Source: Girardia tigrina (lineage: Eukaryota). From it: DNA of 64,000 nucleotides. The position numbers and the translations under genes are program-made. Of the stretch, positions 26,201 to 39,399 are shown in pieces (position 1 is the first letter of the stretch; each line of letters begins with the position of its first letter). Under the pieces are notes generated by a model. It was given only the letters and a program-made list of their open reading frames with translations, was not told the DNA's origin and did no database searches. The stretch covers positions 1-64,000 of the forward strand of contig MQRK01238465.1 of assembly GCA_001938485.1 (NCBI GenBank), in the 5' to 3' direction.

Positions 26201-29200
26201 TGTTTTGAATTGCTTGTGGTTTTATATTGTGCATGTTGTATGTTGATTCGGATTGTCTCTTCTACCCAGATGACCGATTGGTATTTTCTTTGATTCCGAC
26301 TAAATTGAAAATAATTTAATTTTAAAGTAAAAAGATTTTTGAATGTAAATTTTAATATATTAATTTAATTGGTACTTTTTAAAAAATGTTTAGATTTAAT
26401 TTTAACCAATTAGAAATTTGATAATTAAGTAAATATTTTTCATTTATTTTCAAAAATTGGTATGAAACTCAGAAATATATTAATCAATAAAGAATGTCGA
26501 ATAGTGAAAGCGGATTGAATAATTGTTGTCATGAAAATTCTGTTTGTGATGCTAATAAATGTTCGAAAAATCATATTGATGTTATACCATTTCCAAGTCA
26601 TTAGCATAATTTTTAAGTATTTAAAAACGAATATTTTTTTCATTTTAATTTGAGAATTTTTCATTTTTATAAAATATAAATATAAAACATTTATAAAAAT
26701 TTATATATTTATTTTATATTTACATTTTTACTTAAATGTAAATATTTTTTGCTTCTTAATTTTATTCAAGTGCTACTACGTACATCCATGTCTTAAATTC
26801 ATGTCTTACGTTAAAATATAAAAACCATTTAAAAACAAAGAATATTAAGAATATTTATTATTACGCCTCAAAAATAAAACTAACAAACATTTCAAAATAT
26901 ATTTTAACTGACATATCGTTCTCCGGTTACCGCTCTTACCATATTGCCCAGTATCCGCATCATATATTATAATTACTGTTATCTCCCTCAGTAACTTCAC
27001 CATTATGATAATTGACTCTCGTCAGTCTGCTCTAGAATTCAATATATGTTTACGACTTCAGTTAGAAATATGAAGGAAAAAATATTTACATTTAAGCACA
27101 AATTAATAAAAACTAATAAGTATTTTTAAAAATTTAATTTATATTTAAAATCAGTTCAAAACTAAAAAATCATTTCCAAATGAAAAAAAATCTCAAGTTA
27201 AAATGAAAAAATTATATTAGTTTTTAAATATTTAAAAGATTATGCTAATGGTTTGGAAAATTATACTTATGGCTTGGAAATGGTATAATATGGTTAATTA
27301 CATTCATAAAGAAGAAATGTGTTATTGATTACTATTAGAGGTTCTTGGAATATCGTCGGAATTATTACTATGAGATATTTCAGACATCAAAACTTTTATT
27401 ATTCCACAACAAAATGTTTAAATCTAATATTTAAACAAATTTATTATTTTTTTTTGAGAAACAATTTGTTTTATAAATCTTAAACCGATATAAATAAAAA
27501 TACTTATAAATATTCATATTTGATTTTTTTTCATTACTTTTATAAATCAATTTTAAATTACGATAACATTTTAAAATATTTAATCGTTTCGTTTATTTTT
27601 TAAAAATCGTTTCACATAAAAATTATACATTTTACTTTTTATATTATATATAAAACTCTCAAAAATTTTATTATTAGCAATTTAATTAGATCTTCTTAAT
27701 TTTAGTAATTTATTTTTTCAAACTTTAAATATTTAATTATATAAAAATTTTAATTTCTACATTTTTCATTTAACCTTTCAAAAAAATTTACTATCATTTT
27801 TAATTCCTAACAATTACTTTGCAAAATCATCTTGTACAATATGAACTTTTATTAATTTATATCGATTTATGGGGAATTAACGGAAAATAAACAATATTTA
27901 TTTGTTAATTATCACAAATAAGCAGACATTCGAATTGTGAGGAATATTTTAAATTTAGTTTGTTGAATTTTGTATTTTTTGTTTAGTATTTGGAAATGTG
28001 TTTCTCCCACCCAGATGGAAAATGGGTATATTTGATATTCGCGATGCATTGTTTGCATTTTAAAGTACAACATAAAATAATAAGAAACTTTAAAAATATT
28101 AAATCTTTAAAAATTTGAATATTAAAAAAAATTGAAAAAGTTAATAATTTTTAATTTATTTTTAAATTGATTAAATACATGTTTTTCTTCACGTCAAATC
28201 TTTTCCTTTAAAACAAAATTAATTTTTAGATAAAATTATTATCAAAATTATAAAATTCGAATTTTGAAAATAAAATCTGAAAATCATTTAAAATGAAAAT
28301 TTGTTCAAATAATTGTTTATTAACAAGACATTAACAAAAATTTGTCAATTTTGCGACATGTCAAATTACAAAAACTTTGAGAATTGTCTATAAGACAAAT
28401 TAAATTGTGATGAAAATAAATGGAAGGAAAACCATATTTTTTAGTTTTAGATTATCCGTTACATAATTCTTATTTTCTCTAAAGGTTTATGATTTCGATT
28501 TTCTAACTAAAATAAGTACAAGAATATAACATAAATTCCAGTTTAAGTTACTTTTTTCTTTTTAAAAGTTAATTTGTCGCAATCTATATATAGATCTTTA
28601 CATTCCCTACAAGTAATATCTGATAATGAATGTTAATTCGATAAAACATTACATTTTTGTGTTGTCAAATTTATTTTTATATTAAATAATATTTTTCTCT
28701 ATATTAAATAACACTGTAAATTGTACTATCGGTAATTAAAATTACGATTGGTAAAGTTTAAAGGAATTCTGAAAATTTACATTGATTAATAAGCTGATCA
28801 GATCATTTCCAAATCTTTCCAAACTAAAGATACTTTAGTACAACTTTTCATATTCTACTGGTACATAAGAAATTCTTCATGTAGGACTGAATCTTGTTCA
28901 AAATTATTCTTTGGTTGTAAACACCAACATTAAAATCTACAGAACCTTTTTAGAGTAACGAATGGCTCATAGAAATTGAAAATGTCGATGCTTTGCATTT
29001 GATTTAACTTCACCTAAGCGGTGCGATTAAATTAAATTAAAGAGTGGAGAAGAGCATCAAGATTGATCTAATTGTGTTGATTGGTGTTACTAATCGTCAC
29101 AATTACTGTTATTAATCGTTGCGTCATAAAGATTCGAAGCGAATTGAGGATGTTCTCGGCGATATATCAGACTGTGTTCTTCATTGTTCTTTATTCACTC

Positions 29201-32200
29201 GATGAACGGTACCTACGTGTAAATATGACAATTTACTTTCATTTCTCCATACAATATAGACCATATTAGTTTTCAATTATTTTCCCTGGTTTATCATATG
29301 ATGTTCCTCTTGCATTCCTTACCATCGATAGTTAAGGTAATAGACAAATAAACGGCATTGCGTATCAAATCACCAAGCAAGACCTGGTTAACGCTTCTCT
29401 CCACAAAAATGTGAAAACATCCGTAACTTATATCATAAGTATTTCGTATTTTTAAAATTAAGTGTTCCGGTTTTTGAATTCTATTAGCGGTCGTGATGTA
29501 ATTGTGATCGAGTAATTGATTTCAATAAATGCAGATCTACGATTGAAGATGAGATATATCGGATCAATACATCTCTGACCTGTCACCGTAAACCGCTGTC
29601 TCTCTGTGTCTGTGTGTGTGCATGCGTGTGTTATTTGTGTGCACGACTGCTTGCTTGTGTCAGTATTCGGGTGTGATTAGTGCTTGAATTGATTAATATC
29701 TCTCGTCATTCACCGTCCTGCGTCAATCTATAGATTCCAATTACGACACAGATAAACCACCTTGTTCAACTGAATTTCAAAGATCGGAACGCAAATTCGC
29801 AATCAGTTATTATCAATCGCTGTTGATTTGGTTTAATTTTTACATGTTAGTTGCTATGAACATATCTCTGATAAATATTAATTGATAAAACTAGTTCAAT
29901 TTAAATCATTGGATAGTATTTATCATCTTCACATTCATTATTAACTGACTATCCACGTATCCATCGTTTTAGGTTAATTAATATCTAAAATAAGCATCAT
30001 AGTTTTATAATATAAAAACATAAATAAAATTATTGATTTGTTAACCGAATGTCCGACTTGATATGCTAGTGGTCCCGTGCTGATCATTTGTCCGCCGCTC
30101 TTCTAACTGTCTATACAGATAACGATATCAATTTTGCTAAAATTATCTAATCTTTTTATCTATAAATCAAAATATCGTCGAAATTTATAAATTTGCAACA
30201 TATTTTTGACCGCACATTGTAGATACGGCAAATTAGTCCTGATATGGACTGACTTACAATTTATATTTTGACTGATGACTTTATCTGTTCAAAATATCCA
30301 TTATTCCGAATGAAGTTCATGTTTCATTGATGATCACAGTACATTTCGTCCGAATAAATATCCGTTGAAAGCCTTTATTAATGAAAAGGCAATTTTCAAT
30401 ATTTAATAATCATGCGCGATCATTGATTTTAGAAACAAAAAAGTACTAAAATAACGAAAAATATATTTGTCCAATTTTTAAAATTATATAATATTGTTGA
30501 GGTTCTTTTATTAACTCCGTTTGGAAGATAGGAAACTATTGTATTTATATTCATCTCTTTCGAAATCACAAACTGACCATTTTTCATTTTGCTCCATCAG
30601 TCTTATATAAACTTTTAAAAGCTACTTTTAAAATGTTGAAAAATAAATCAATATTGCTAACTAATTATCATGAAACCACTGATCGAAATTTTTGCATTTC
30701 TAAATTAAGTCAAGATTGTAAATCTAAACATCCACAAGACTTTATAGCGCTACAGTGATGCTAGACAATTATTTGAAATATGTGAACCAATATTACCTAT
30801 GTAATTCGTATCAAAACGATCGATAATGGTAATAAGCAAAAACTCTAACATATTTTTCAAAATTTTTTTGAGACTTAAGTAGCGATTGTATAACCAGTTA
30901 TATCATAACGTCCTATTCTTAGATGTTGAATGCAAAGAAACATTTTTACAATTTAAATGATTTTTTTTGAACTTTTCGCAAGTAGGAAAGTTAATTAAAA
31001 TATCATTTCAATCTATTTTCCAGTAGATTCAGTTCATTTACAAAATCTACAATTGGATCATAAATGTTAGTTCTTAACTTATCTTTTCCTTTATATTTAT
31101 TGTTGATGTGATTCAAATGGTCCGTAGTATCAACTAAAAATACCAAGTCTTGTAACTATACTCACATCAGATTTGATATAATAATTGTATATCAAGTTGA
31201 TATAATAATTATATATATTGAAATTTACATATCATCGTGCTTATATCGTTAAGAGAAATCACACATTTGACAGAACATTTATTACATTTGTTGGGGTTCC
31301 TTTGGGTGAACTTTAAATTTTTGATATTTTTAAAAATCATATTTGTATTTTAAATAAATTAAAAATAATGTTCGATTAATTAAAATGAAATAATTCTTTA
31401 AAATAAAAACCTTTTAAAGTCTTAAAAAAGAACAGGCTCATTCTTTAAATTTTTGGAAATAATTAATTGTTATAAATAATTGCTAAAATAAAAAAAATAT
31501 TTAAAATCAAAAGTTTTAAATAGTTATTAGTAAAAAATATCTTAATTAATTTTAAAAAGTTAATTTCATAAATAATTGAATTTTAATTGTTTTGCATTTA
31601 TTTTAAGAGTTATTCGGAAGAATTTTTGTTAAAATTTTTGTTATCAGAGATGTAATAAAAAAGAGATAATTTAAAGTTAAAAGGCAGTTAAAATAAAATA
31701 TAGATATATATTAAAAATTTTATAATTAATGAATCTCTATTAAATAATAATAAATTTAAATATTGCTAAATATTTTTGTATTTTAAATTTGTAAGTTATT
31801 TTTGCAATTTTATTAAAAATAAAAGGTTTTATTAAAAAGAAATAATTTANNATCGAATGATTTAAAATCAAAGAAAGATATTTAAGACTTGAATTTTTAA
31901 AATATTTTTAAAGATCTAAATTTATGCAAAATTGAATAAAATAACATATTTATATATTTATCGATATTATTAATTATATTTAGAATTTTGAGATCTGGAT
32001 TATGTAATTAAAATATGAAAAATGAAAATTATAGTAGAAATAAAGTTTACAAAATCATGACTTCGAATTGTAATCACGAACCTAATAACATTCACATTTC
32101 TTATCATCTTTATGATGATCAATAGTATTGCTTTCACTATAATCCATTACTCAATTTTCATATCTCATTATAATCTGAACTATACTCGAGAAGATTATTC

Positions 32201-33110
32201 AAAAATATTTAATTTAAATTTTATCTGCTTAAATAAAATATTTTTAAACAACCTCGTTTTTTTGTCTATAAACAATATCATTTACTAAACTAAATAAAAA
32301 CTCCATAAAAGAAAAAGCAAATTACTTAAAGAAACTCTTAATTGGATTTTTTTCCATAGATCATGAATGAAATTCAAACAAACAAAATTAATATTTATCA
32401 ATTTCCAACCACCGATGACACTGTCCGAGAGTTAAATTCTCAAATGAATGTACGTAACATAATAATGTTGATTGTAAAATTGATAAGAAATATCCTGTTA
32501 TAGCAATTGCTTCCTTTCGCTGTAGTAGGTAGTAACGAAGAGGCGAAAATGCCCAATGGAAAAGTGTCGCGTGTTCGACAGTACCCTTGGGGAACGGTAC
32601 AGATCGATAATGAGGTCCATTGCGATTTTGTTAGACTAAGAGATATGTTATTGCGAACGAACATGGATGATTTACGAGAAAGAACTCATTTCGTCCATTA
32701 CGAAACCTACAGGAAGCAGAGATTGATTGAAATGGGCTTCAGTGATAATGAGAACATGTCACTCCAGGAAACCTATCAACAGCGCCGAGAAACCCAAACC
32801 AAAGAACTGAAACAGAAAGAAGAAGAAATTCGTCAAATGTTTTTTATGCGAGTCAAAGAAAAAGAAAATCAATTGAAGGAATCGGACAAAGAGGTTTGAA
32901 ATAAATAAGCGGCGTGAAGAGTGGGAATATTGACGTTAATTTTTCCAGCTCATGTTGAAATTCGAATCTTTGAAGAAATCCAATGCCGAAGAAAAGCGCA
33001 AATTGGAAGAACGAAGGAGAATTCTGGAAGAAGATATAAGCAATTTCGAAAAACGCAAAGCAATTGTCGAGCAAGCCAAACAAGGAAACACGATTAAAAA
33101 GAAGAAATAA
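17240..33110 (+). CDS. Septin, SEPT6/SEPT10 group, 8 exons, 412 aa
   Basis: Exons 17240-17266, 17328-17442, 22310-22505, 22686-22826, 22977-23094, 32360-32449, 32504-32893, 32949-33110; all GT-AG and in frame (1239 nt). Motifs [54 protein letters not shown], and a C-terminal coiled coil. Confidence 0.95.
17545..18990 (+). repeat. Three diverged direct copies of a 170-300 bp segment in septin intron 2
   Basis: Shared ATAATTATTTGTTCGA...AATCACTT...AACAATCC...GAGATA at ~17630, ~18485 and ~18904; the first two also share CAGGAGCCGAGATA...TCGAGTTGTACTT. Confidence 0.85.
18995..19300 (+). mobile_element. Penelope-like 3' fragment (GIY-YIG C-terminus plus pLTR)
   Basis: [26 protein letters not shown], homologous to the 15.7-kb copy, followed by a hammerhead-like motif. 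Confidence 0.75.
19225..19264 (+). ncRNA. Degenerate minimal hammerhead
   Basis: CTGAAGA-T-GACG-ATTAATA-CGTC-AAAA-TTTATA; G12>A. Confidence 0.55.
19530..19800 (+). mobile_element. Penelope-like GIY-YIG endonuclease remnant
   Basis: [29 protein letters not shown] resembles the PLE pattern YKFxCxxC..YIGETxRxxxxRxxEH. Confidence 0.6.
23413..23832. mobile_element. MITE with ~110-bp TIRs
   Basis: CAAGGGAACCTCCCGAACC..CACATCCCGATTTCGATGAAATTTGGTACA and its near-perfect reverse complement; flanked by TAA on both sides (possible PIF/Harbinger TSD). Confidence 0.88.
23990..24270 (+). mobile_element. pogo/Tigger transposase remnant
   Basis: [26 protein letters not shown] and [10 protein letters not shown]. 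Confidence 0.75.
25525..25750 (-). mobile_element. pogo-like transposase C-terminal remnant
   Basis: [30 protein letters not shown] matches the pogo WV..AW..S...I..SF...G pattern. Confidence 0.55.
26580..27290. repeat. AT-rich inverted-repeat (MITE-like) element
   Basis: TTATACCATTTCCAAG...ATTAGCATAAT...AAATGTAAATATTTTTT mirrored at ~27074-27290. Confidence 0.6.
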
Positions 33111-34080
33111 CATTTGTTCTGCTTTTCTCTTGTCTTTTATTATATTTGTTTTTATACAAAAAATAGTTTTTTGAATTTTTATTTCATCATTACTGATTGT
33201 AATTTCTGACACTTGTGATGAGTTTATATTTGTTTTCTTATTTTTATTTTACTGAGTAAACGGTTAAAATAAATTGATCGAGTCATTTATACATAACGCA
33301 AATTTGATGTATTTGATGATTGTCATGATGCTCGCGTATTTGCAACTAATATAAATGTGTGTATATCTTTGCGTGTCTCTCAATGGCGCTTGAACGGTTG
33401 AGTCTGTCGCGAAATCTTTGATAAATTGATGTATCTTAGTATGTCCGAGGCGGGGCTCCAGAATAAATACTTGTCTCGCGTGTTCTCTTTAATTTGTATC
33501 TGTTTTATTGCATCTCAAATCAACTGACATTCTCTGTTCAATAAACAATCATCTGTTTTAACAATTTGTCATTGTTTTTCAATAAACGAACCTCGGGCTA
33601 TTTTAGAACGCAAGTATGATTTGTTTTTGAAACTAAATGAAATGATTGTTTAATCGTGGCTTGGATTGAAAGGAATTTATTTCATTTTTCTTAAAAATGA
33701 AGCAAAAATTCACTAAACGCGATCAAGTCCATTGACGCAAAATAACCATTGGTAGCTATCAATTTCCGTTTGAGAAAATGACATCTATCGTTCCGTACTT
33801 TACAATTTACGTTATAATTGACGTAAAACAAAATGCTAATCTTTGAGATGAAACCTCACACTCAATTTCAGCCTTCACATCAAACGCAAAACAATCCGAA
33901 ATTTGATCGACGCAATTCGATTAAAATGTCTGACCAAATGATAGTTTGTTCTCTTAACTGCACCAGGTTTGACACTACTGGTGACACTCAGTACAATAAA
34001 ATTCGGTCATTGCACGATATTATACATTTTTTATCGTCAAATTATAAACATTGAAATTTATATGCAAGGGATAAAAATAA

Positions 34081-34118
34081 GACGACGCGTTTCGAGACGA
34101 AAATCCCATCATCAGGTC
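34081..34118 (-). ncRNA. Minimal type-I hammerhead ribozyme (intact core)
   Basis: GAC-CUGAUGA-U-GGGAU-UUUC-GUCUC-GAAA-CGC-GUC-GUC. GUC cleavage triplet, stem-III palindrome ACGCGU. Confidence 0.85.
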
Positions 34119-34322
34119 AATCGACACTGCATTAAATACCTTATACGGGACTTTACAATAAATAAAAAATTGCAAACGCAATTGATAACTGCCAATTATA
34201 TTTTTACTTAATTTTCAAATAAAGATGAAATAAACTAACTTTAATACAATGATTTATTGTAAAATGATTTAAATTATTGTATTGTCTCTTAGAAAGTCTT
34301 AATTTAATACAAAGTGTGAATT

Positions 34323-34360
34323 GACCTGATCATAGGATTGTTGTCTCGAAACTAGTTGTT
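34323..34360 (+). ncRNA. Degenerate hammerhead, inverted partner of 34081-34118
   Basis: GAC-CTGATCA-T-AGGAT-TGTT-GTCTC-GAAA-CTAGTT-GTT; G8>C, palindrome ACTAGT. The flanks are also inverted homologues. Confidence 0.6.
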
Positions 34361-34559
34361 TTCTTTTTATCCATTGTATTTAGTTTTGTATTTTAGTTTT
34401 CAATGTGTGTAGGGGCATTATATATATTGAAATTTACATATCGTGTTTATATAATGAAAAAATATTTGTTAGCATTTCTTGGATAGGGAAATAAGGTCAC
34501 AATTAAATCGTAATATATTTATATGATGAAAAGAGGTAATGCCCATTGTTACAAATTAT

Positions 34560-35367
34560 GGTACCCCGCAAAAAGCGCCACCCGACAAAAAGGTCAATTA
34601 TTACAATTTGAAGTATTTGATAAATTGTTATATTTATTTTGGTTGGATATATTTGTTCAGGATATTTTTGTCAAAAGATTAATAAATGAACTTAAGAAAC
34701 AGATTAATATAATAATAGAAAATTATAATCGAAGTGATATTATAAATTATCTAAGACAAATATCACAAAAAATCTTGAAATATAATAAAAAACAAAGAAA
34801 AAGATAAAAAATATATTTATATTATATTTTTTAAATTGCAAACATAAGATATTATCAGAATAAAAATATTATTCAAGCAAAATAGTATGATTCATCAAAT
34901 AAAAACAATATAACATTTTATCAAAGTTAAAGTATCTTTCTAAAATTAAACATAACGTAGTTACAAACGTAACTAAACGTAATAATTTACCTTTAAATTT
35001 TATATTTATTAAATTATTATTTTATTAATGTAACAATAATTTATTTCATAATTTATCTCCTGGCACAAAATTCCCGAGAAAATTAATTTAATTTATTATC
35101 TTTCAAAAAAAATTTTCAAGCAATTTAATTTATTAATTTTTCGACAAAATATTCCTGACCAAATTAATTTAATTTATTCATCTTTCAACAAAAAATTCCC
35201 TCCCAAATTGATTAAATTTATTAATTTTTCGACTAACAATTCTCGATCAAATTAATTTCATTTAATTATCTTTCCCCAACCAAAATCAATATAACAATAC
35301 ATCAAATTTTTCAATTTAAATATTTAATAATTGGCGATTTTTTCGGGGGTGCTATTGTCGAGTTATC
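34560..35367. mobile_element. Non-autonomous Mutator-like element
   Basis: 9-bp TSD ACAAATTAT (34551-34559 and 35368-35376); degenerate G..C TIRs; MULE C-terminal remnant DIINYLRQIS; ~43-bp tandem repeats at 35040-35280. Confidence 0.8.
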
Positions 35368-35628
35368 ACAAATTATATACTAAAGAATCTGTTTGATTCG
35401 CAAAGGGGGAAGTCGATCTGGCTGCAAAGAAAATCCATACAGAATGGATAAATTTTTTTTTGACTTACTAGTTCTGCGTTATAATACATTTATTGTAGTT
35501 AAAAGTTGTTTAGTTTATTTAATTATTTATAAACTTTTAAAAGGAATTCTAGAAATCGTTTAGTTGATTTATTGGTTCCTTTATTAATAAATTTACTCTA
35601 CATAATAGTTATAAGCTAATTTTATACC

Positions 35629-35640
35629 TGGTGTCAGAAG
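35629..35640 (+). promoter_or_regulatory. Gypsy primer-binding site (tRNA-Leu), probably from a decayed LTR element
   Basis: TGGTGTCAGAAG is complementary to the tRNA-Leu 3' end. Confidence 0.5.
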
Positions 35641-36664
35641 AAAATAAACACATTTAAAAGCCTCAAAAAGGAAAAAATAATAAAAATGCAAGCATAAACC
35701 ATTTTACACCAGCAACAACTCCAACACAGGAAATTTATAACACAGTTGAACAAACAAATTATTACATAGACCAAATTAGTACCCCAATCATAACTTCACC
35801 AAAGCATTGTTAAAATTAATCTCACAAATGGGTGAATTTAAAGGGGCCGATGAAGCTACCTGCAGTAACTTTTAAAAAATATTGCGAGAATTAAGCATTG
35901 GAAAATTTTACGATTAGCGATCTTGGAATCTATTAAAACTAATAAAAACTACATATTAGCAAAATTTGTTTTAGAAAGAGAGATGGAGATAATAAATCAA
36001 GTTTCTTTTTAAAGTTATTGTAGATTGAACTCGAAATAATTAATAATAAGGAAGATCTTAAAAAATACTTGTTTACCAGAGTCTTACAAGATAAAGTCAG
36101 CTAAGTTGTGTTCTTTTTGGTTTGAATTTCGAGATCGATTTGAAAGTATTTTTGAAATTTGCATAGCTCAGAACTACATGACGATTCAATATTTGAGCAT
36201 ACAGAGACAGCTAAGCTGAGTTTTTGGGCCAGTTTCGATTAATTCTGGTTTTTGTTTACAAAGTTTTTTTTACAAACCAATGAAACTACTTTTCATTTGT
36301 AAGTAGATAATTCTTTTTAATAACTTTTATATTATGCAATAATATTTTATAGGTTTGTTTATATTTAGTATTTTCGAAAAATTTATTATTGAAAATAATA
36401 ATTTTATAAAATTTTACTGATTATAGTGATTTTAATAAAATATTTTAGACAAGTGAACATAAAAAATGGAAGAGAGTAAACGTTTTAGTTTAGTTTTGAG
36501 CGAAAGAAATAAGAAGAAAAAAGAAAAATAATAAACTAATCAGTAAACTATAGAAACGTGATAACATAAAAGCTATTTTTAGGCATATGATTATTTTCAG
36601 TAAAAATTTGTGTTTCGTATATGTTCTTTATTTAAAAAAACAACAGAAAGTATTGATATTTTTT

Positions 36665-37090
36665 CTATTCTGCGACTGTTATTAGTCTCATTAGTTGGTT
36701 GTCAACTTTGATGTTGTATATTTCTTTAAATCTCTTTAGTATATCCTCAACCGTTGGACAATTTCTAATCATCCATATCTCATCTGAATCTAATGTTTCT
36801 TTCTTCCGTTTTATCCCAAATTTATCTAAAACATCAACTCCTGCTATAATTTCCCGATTGAGTTCTTTGATCACATAAAACTATAATTTTTTGTGCTCCT
36901 TCAATTATTATATTTAATTTAATAGTTCCATAATTTATAAGTTCCAAATCATTTGCACAATGAAAACGTTTACTTATCTTTCTTATCTAAACATCTTTTA
37001 TACCTTCAAGTAGTGAGTTTTATACAAACGATATGAATGTTGAATATCTTTTGGAAACCGGTGCAAAAGTAAACGTTGTTAAAGCAGATA
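36665..37090. mobile_element. Retropepsin (gypsy protease) remnants
   Basis: Minus strand VIKELNREIIAGVDVLDKFGI; plus strand YLLETGAKVNVV. Confidence 0.45.
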
Positions 37091-37479
37091 TAATTAGTCT
37101 TCCATTCAATTTGTTATATCTAATATTAAGCTTTGATATTTTCAACATTTATTTCTTTTTCACTGTAAGCATTATCTGATATTTCCGATAAATACAATTG
37201 AAAAATAAACAATTAGCAATATTTATTAAATTCAAAAAAATTGACGAGCTATATATTATTTAAACAAATGTATTTTCTGGAGTTTTTAATATAACAGTAT
37301 TCGGATCCAATTGTAAATAAATATATAAATATGGTATTGAGTTTTAATTAATTTCCCTTACATTAACCTTTTATGATTTTGTCTTTATCTCCTTATTAAA
37401 ACAGTCTATATCACATTATTCTTTCCAAGAATTTAATTTTCAAACTTTGACAAGGGTATCTTGCAACGCACAATTACAC

Positions 37480-38540
37480 ATACAATCACACATATCAATA
37501 CATACAAAATCACATGCACAAAACATTTTAACTTTTTAATGAAGCACACTGATCACCTCTCCTTGTGATCCTGCATCCTCTTTTCCTTGGTCTTTGTCAT
37601 GTACCTGTTGTTTTAAGCAGATGATATACCAAATGTTATTGAACGACAAATAAAAAGTATGTATCAACAAAAGAATAGCATCACATGATAACATCTATAG
37701 CCAAAGACATTAGTCATAATAAAATAGTCATTCATACACGCGCTGAGAAAACAGTCCATTTAAACACCTCATTCAATAGCAGCAAGAACAAACAAGCTGG
37801 ATTTCCTCACTCTCTTCCCTGCTTGAGTGATCACCGATTCTGATAAGGCGACCCTTTGGGACTCCAGCTTAGCTTCGATACTGGTGTCTTGCTGAACCGT
37901 CGCAACGATACTGTATCAATTTTCTCTTCCTCCCATCTTACCATTGCAACATGTGGCGACATATTTTCTTTGATCCGTATGACATGAAGCTTCTCATCGT
38001 TAACTCTATCCTTCCCCAGAGATATTTTTTTCGTCTTTAGCCACTTTGTAGGCCCATGACTTTATTTTTAGGTTCATTTCTGTGACATCCGTTACAGGTG
38101 TGAAGGTGAATTTCCGTTTTTACTGCATAAATTTTTTATGCGGCAATTCCCCATCTAAAGCCTCACAAGGAGGGTTCTGATGTTTGCTGCAGTTAATGAC
38201 AGTTACTTAGACCAACTGGGCTTTTTTTGTTCTAACCGTAAGATAATTGTTTTCAATAGGGTACCACTAAAACGCTCGTACTACCCATTTTCTTGCGGGT
38301 GATACGCAGTGGTTCACTTTTTCTGTACCTTCCATTGGTTGAGAAAACACAGGAATTCAGAACTTTCAAACTGCTGTCCTCGATCTCTATGCACGGTTAC
38401 AGGTAGCGTATACATCAGGAATACTTCAGTTGGACAACTGACTGCTTCCTTGATCTCCATACTCTTTAACGAAAGGCGAGTAAAAAAACGGCTTTACTCG
38501 TCCACGGCAGTTAAGATATATAGCTATATCCATGAGACGT
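37480..38540 (-). mobile_element. Gypsy integrase/PPT/LTR remnant
   Basis: AVDE*SRF, QFESSEF, TTAYHPQENG*YERF and GPYKV; PPT-like AGATGGGAGGAAGAGAAA (~37921-37938) followed by TGATAC. Confidence 0.7.
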
Positions 38541-39399
38541 AGGCTTTGGACGACAGATATTCACTGCTGTTTGAGAATATAAAAAAATTAAATTAAAAAA
38601 TTTTAAGTTTAGAAATTTTATGTGTTATTTAATTTGGTTTTTGTAATTAGATAAATGTAAATTACAAAAATTTTAATTATTATTGGCATTTTTAATGCAT
38701 TATTTATTATTGTATTGTGATAGCAAATAAAAATTAATAAGCAATATCGATTTTTTAATACGGTTAAATATGATCAAAGAAAATTCACCTTCGCTTGCTG
38801 AAAATGGATATATTGCTAAGATTGATGATTTGAGTAACATCTATAAACTCTTGAGTAAAGACTCAAATGAAGGTCAAACTGAATCATTAATAAAACACGA
38901 AAATTCTGAAGAAAAGGTTTTGGATCGTTTATCAAAATTTGCAATCCATTCGGAAATAGAAAATATGAAGAACGAAATTAATGTTAATGTGTCGAGCAGC
39001 GATGATCGCGGCTGAACAAATAAAATTATCGTGTTCTGCCTGGTTAGAGGCCCCTGGAGCAACTCAACTATTAAAGAACTAGCAATGATTAAATGTGAAA
39101 GTGATTCAGTCCTCGTTAGGACTTTATATGTTGATTGGGAACTGGAAAAGATAGAATCGACAGGTGATAAAAATTTCGATAAACAGAAATTGAAAATAAG
39201 ACACGAGTTGAAGAACTCTGGGCGTGGCTGCCGCATTCAACCTGCCGCTCTGCGATCATTTTTGGTAGCAGAGCGTGGTTGCCACGCTCGGTGTTCACGG
39301 CCTGTGTGTTGTTCTCGGATTTCTGAATTTTATTTTCAAATTTTCTCCCCATAAATAAAAATAATTTGTGTAAGATAATGAATGATTGGTTGAATTTGA

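Larger units (their letters stand above)
24299..32085. repeat. Long inverted repeats (~260-350 bp) bracketing 7.8 kb, TA-flanked
   Basis: TA-TTAGGTTCGTGATTAAAATCCGAAGTCAT at 24299 and ATGACTTCGAATTGTAATCACGAACCTAA-TA ending at 32085; similarity runs to ~24650 and ~31825. Confidence 0.8.

Noticed and set aside
29525-29547. miR-277-like seed TAAATGCA on a hairpin arm
   Set aside because: Only the seed matches and the hairpin is irregular; not supportable without small-RNA data.
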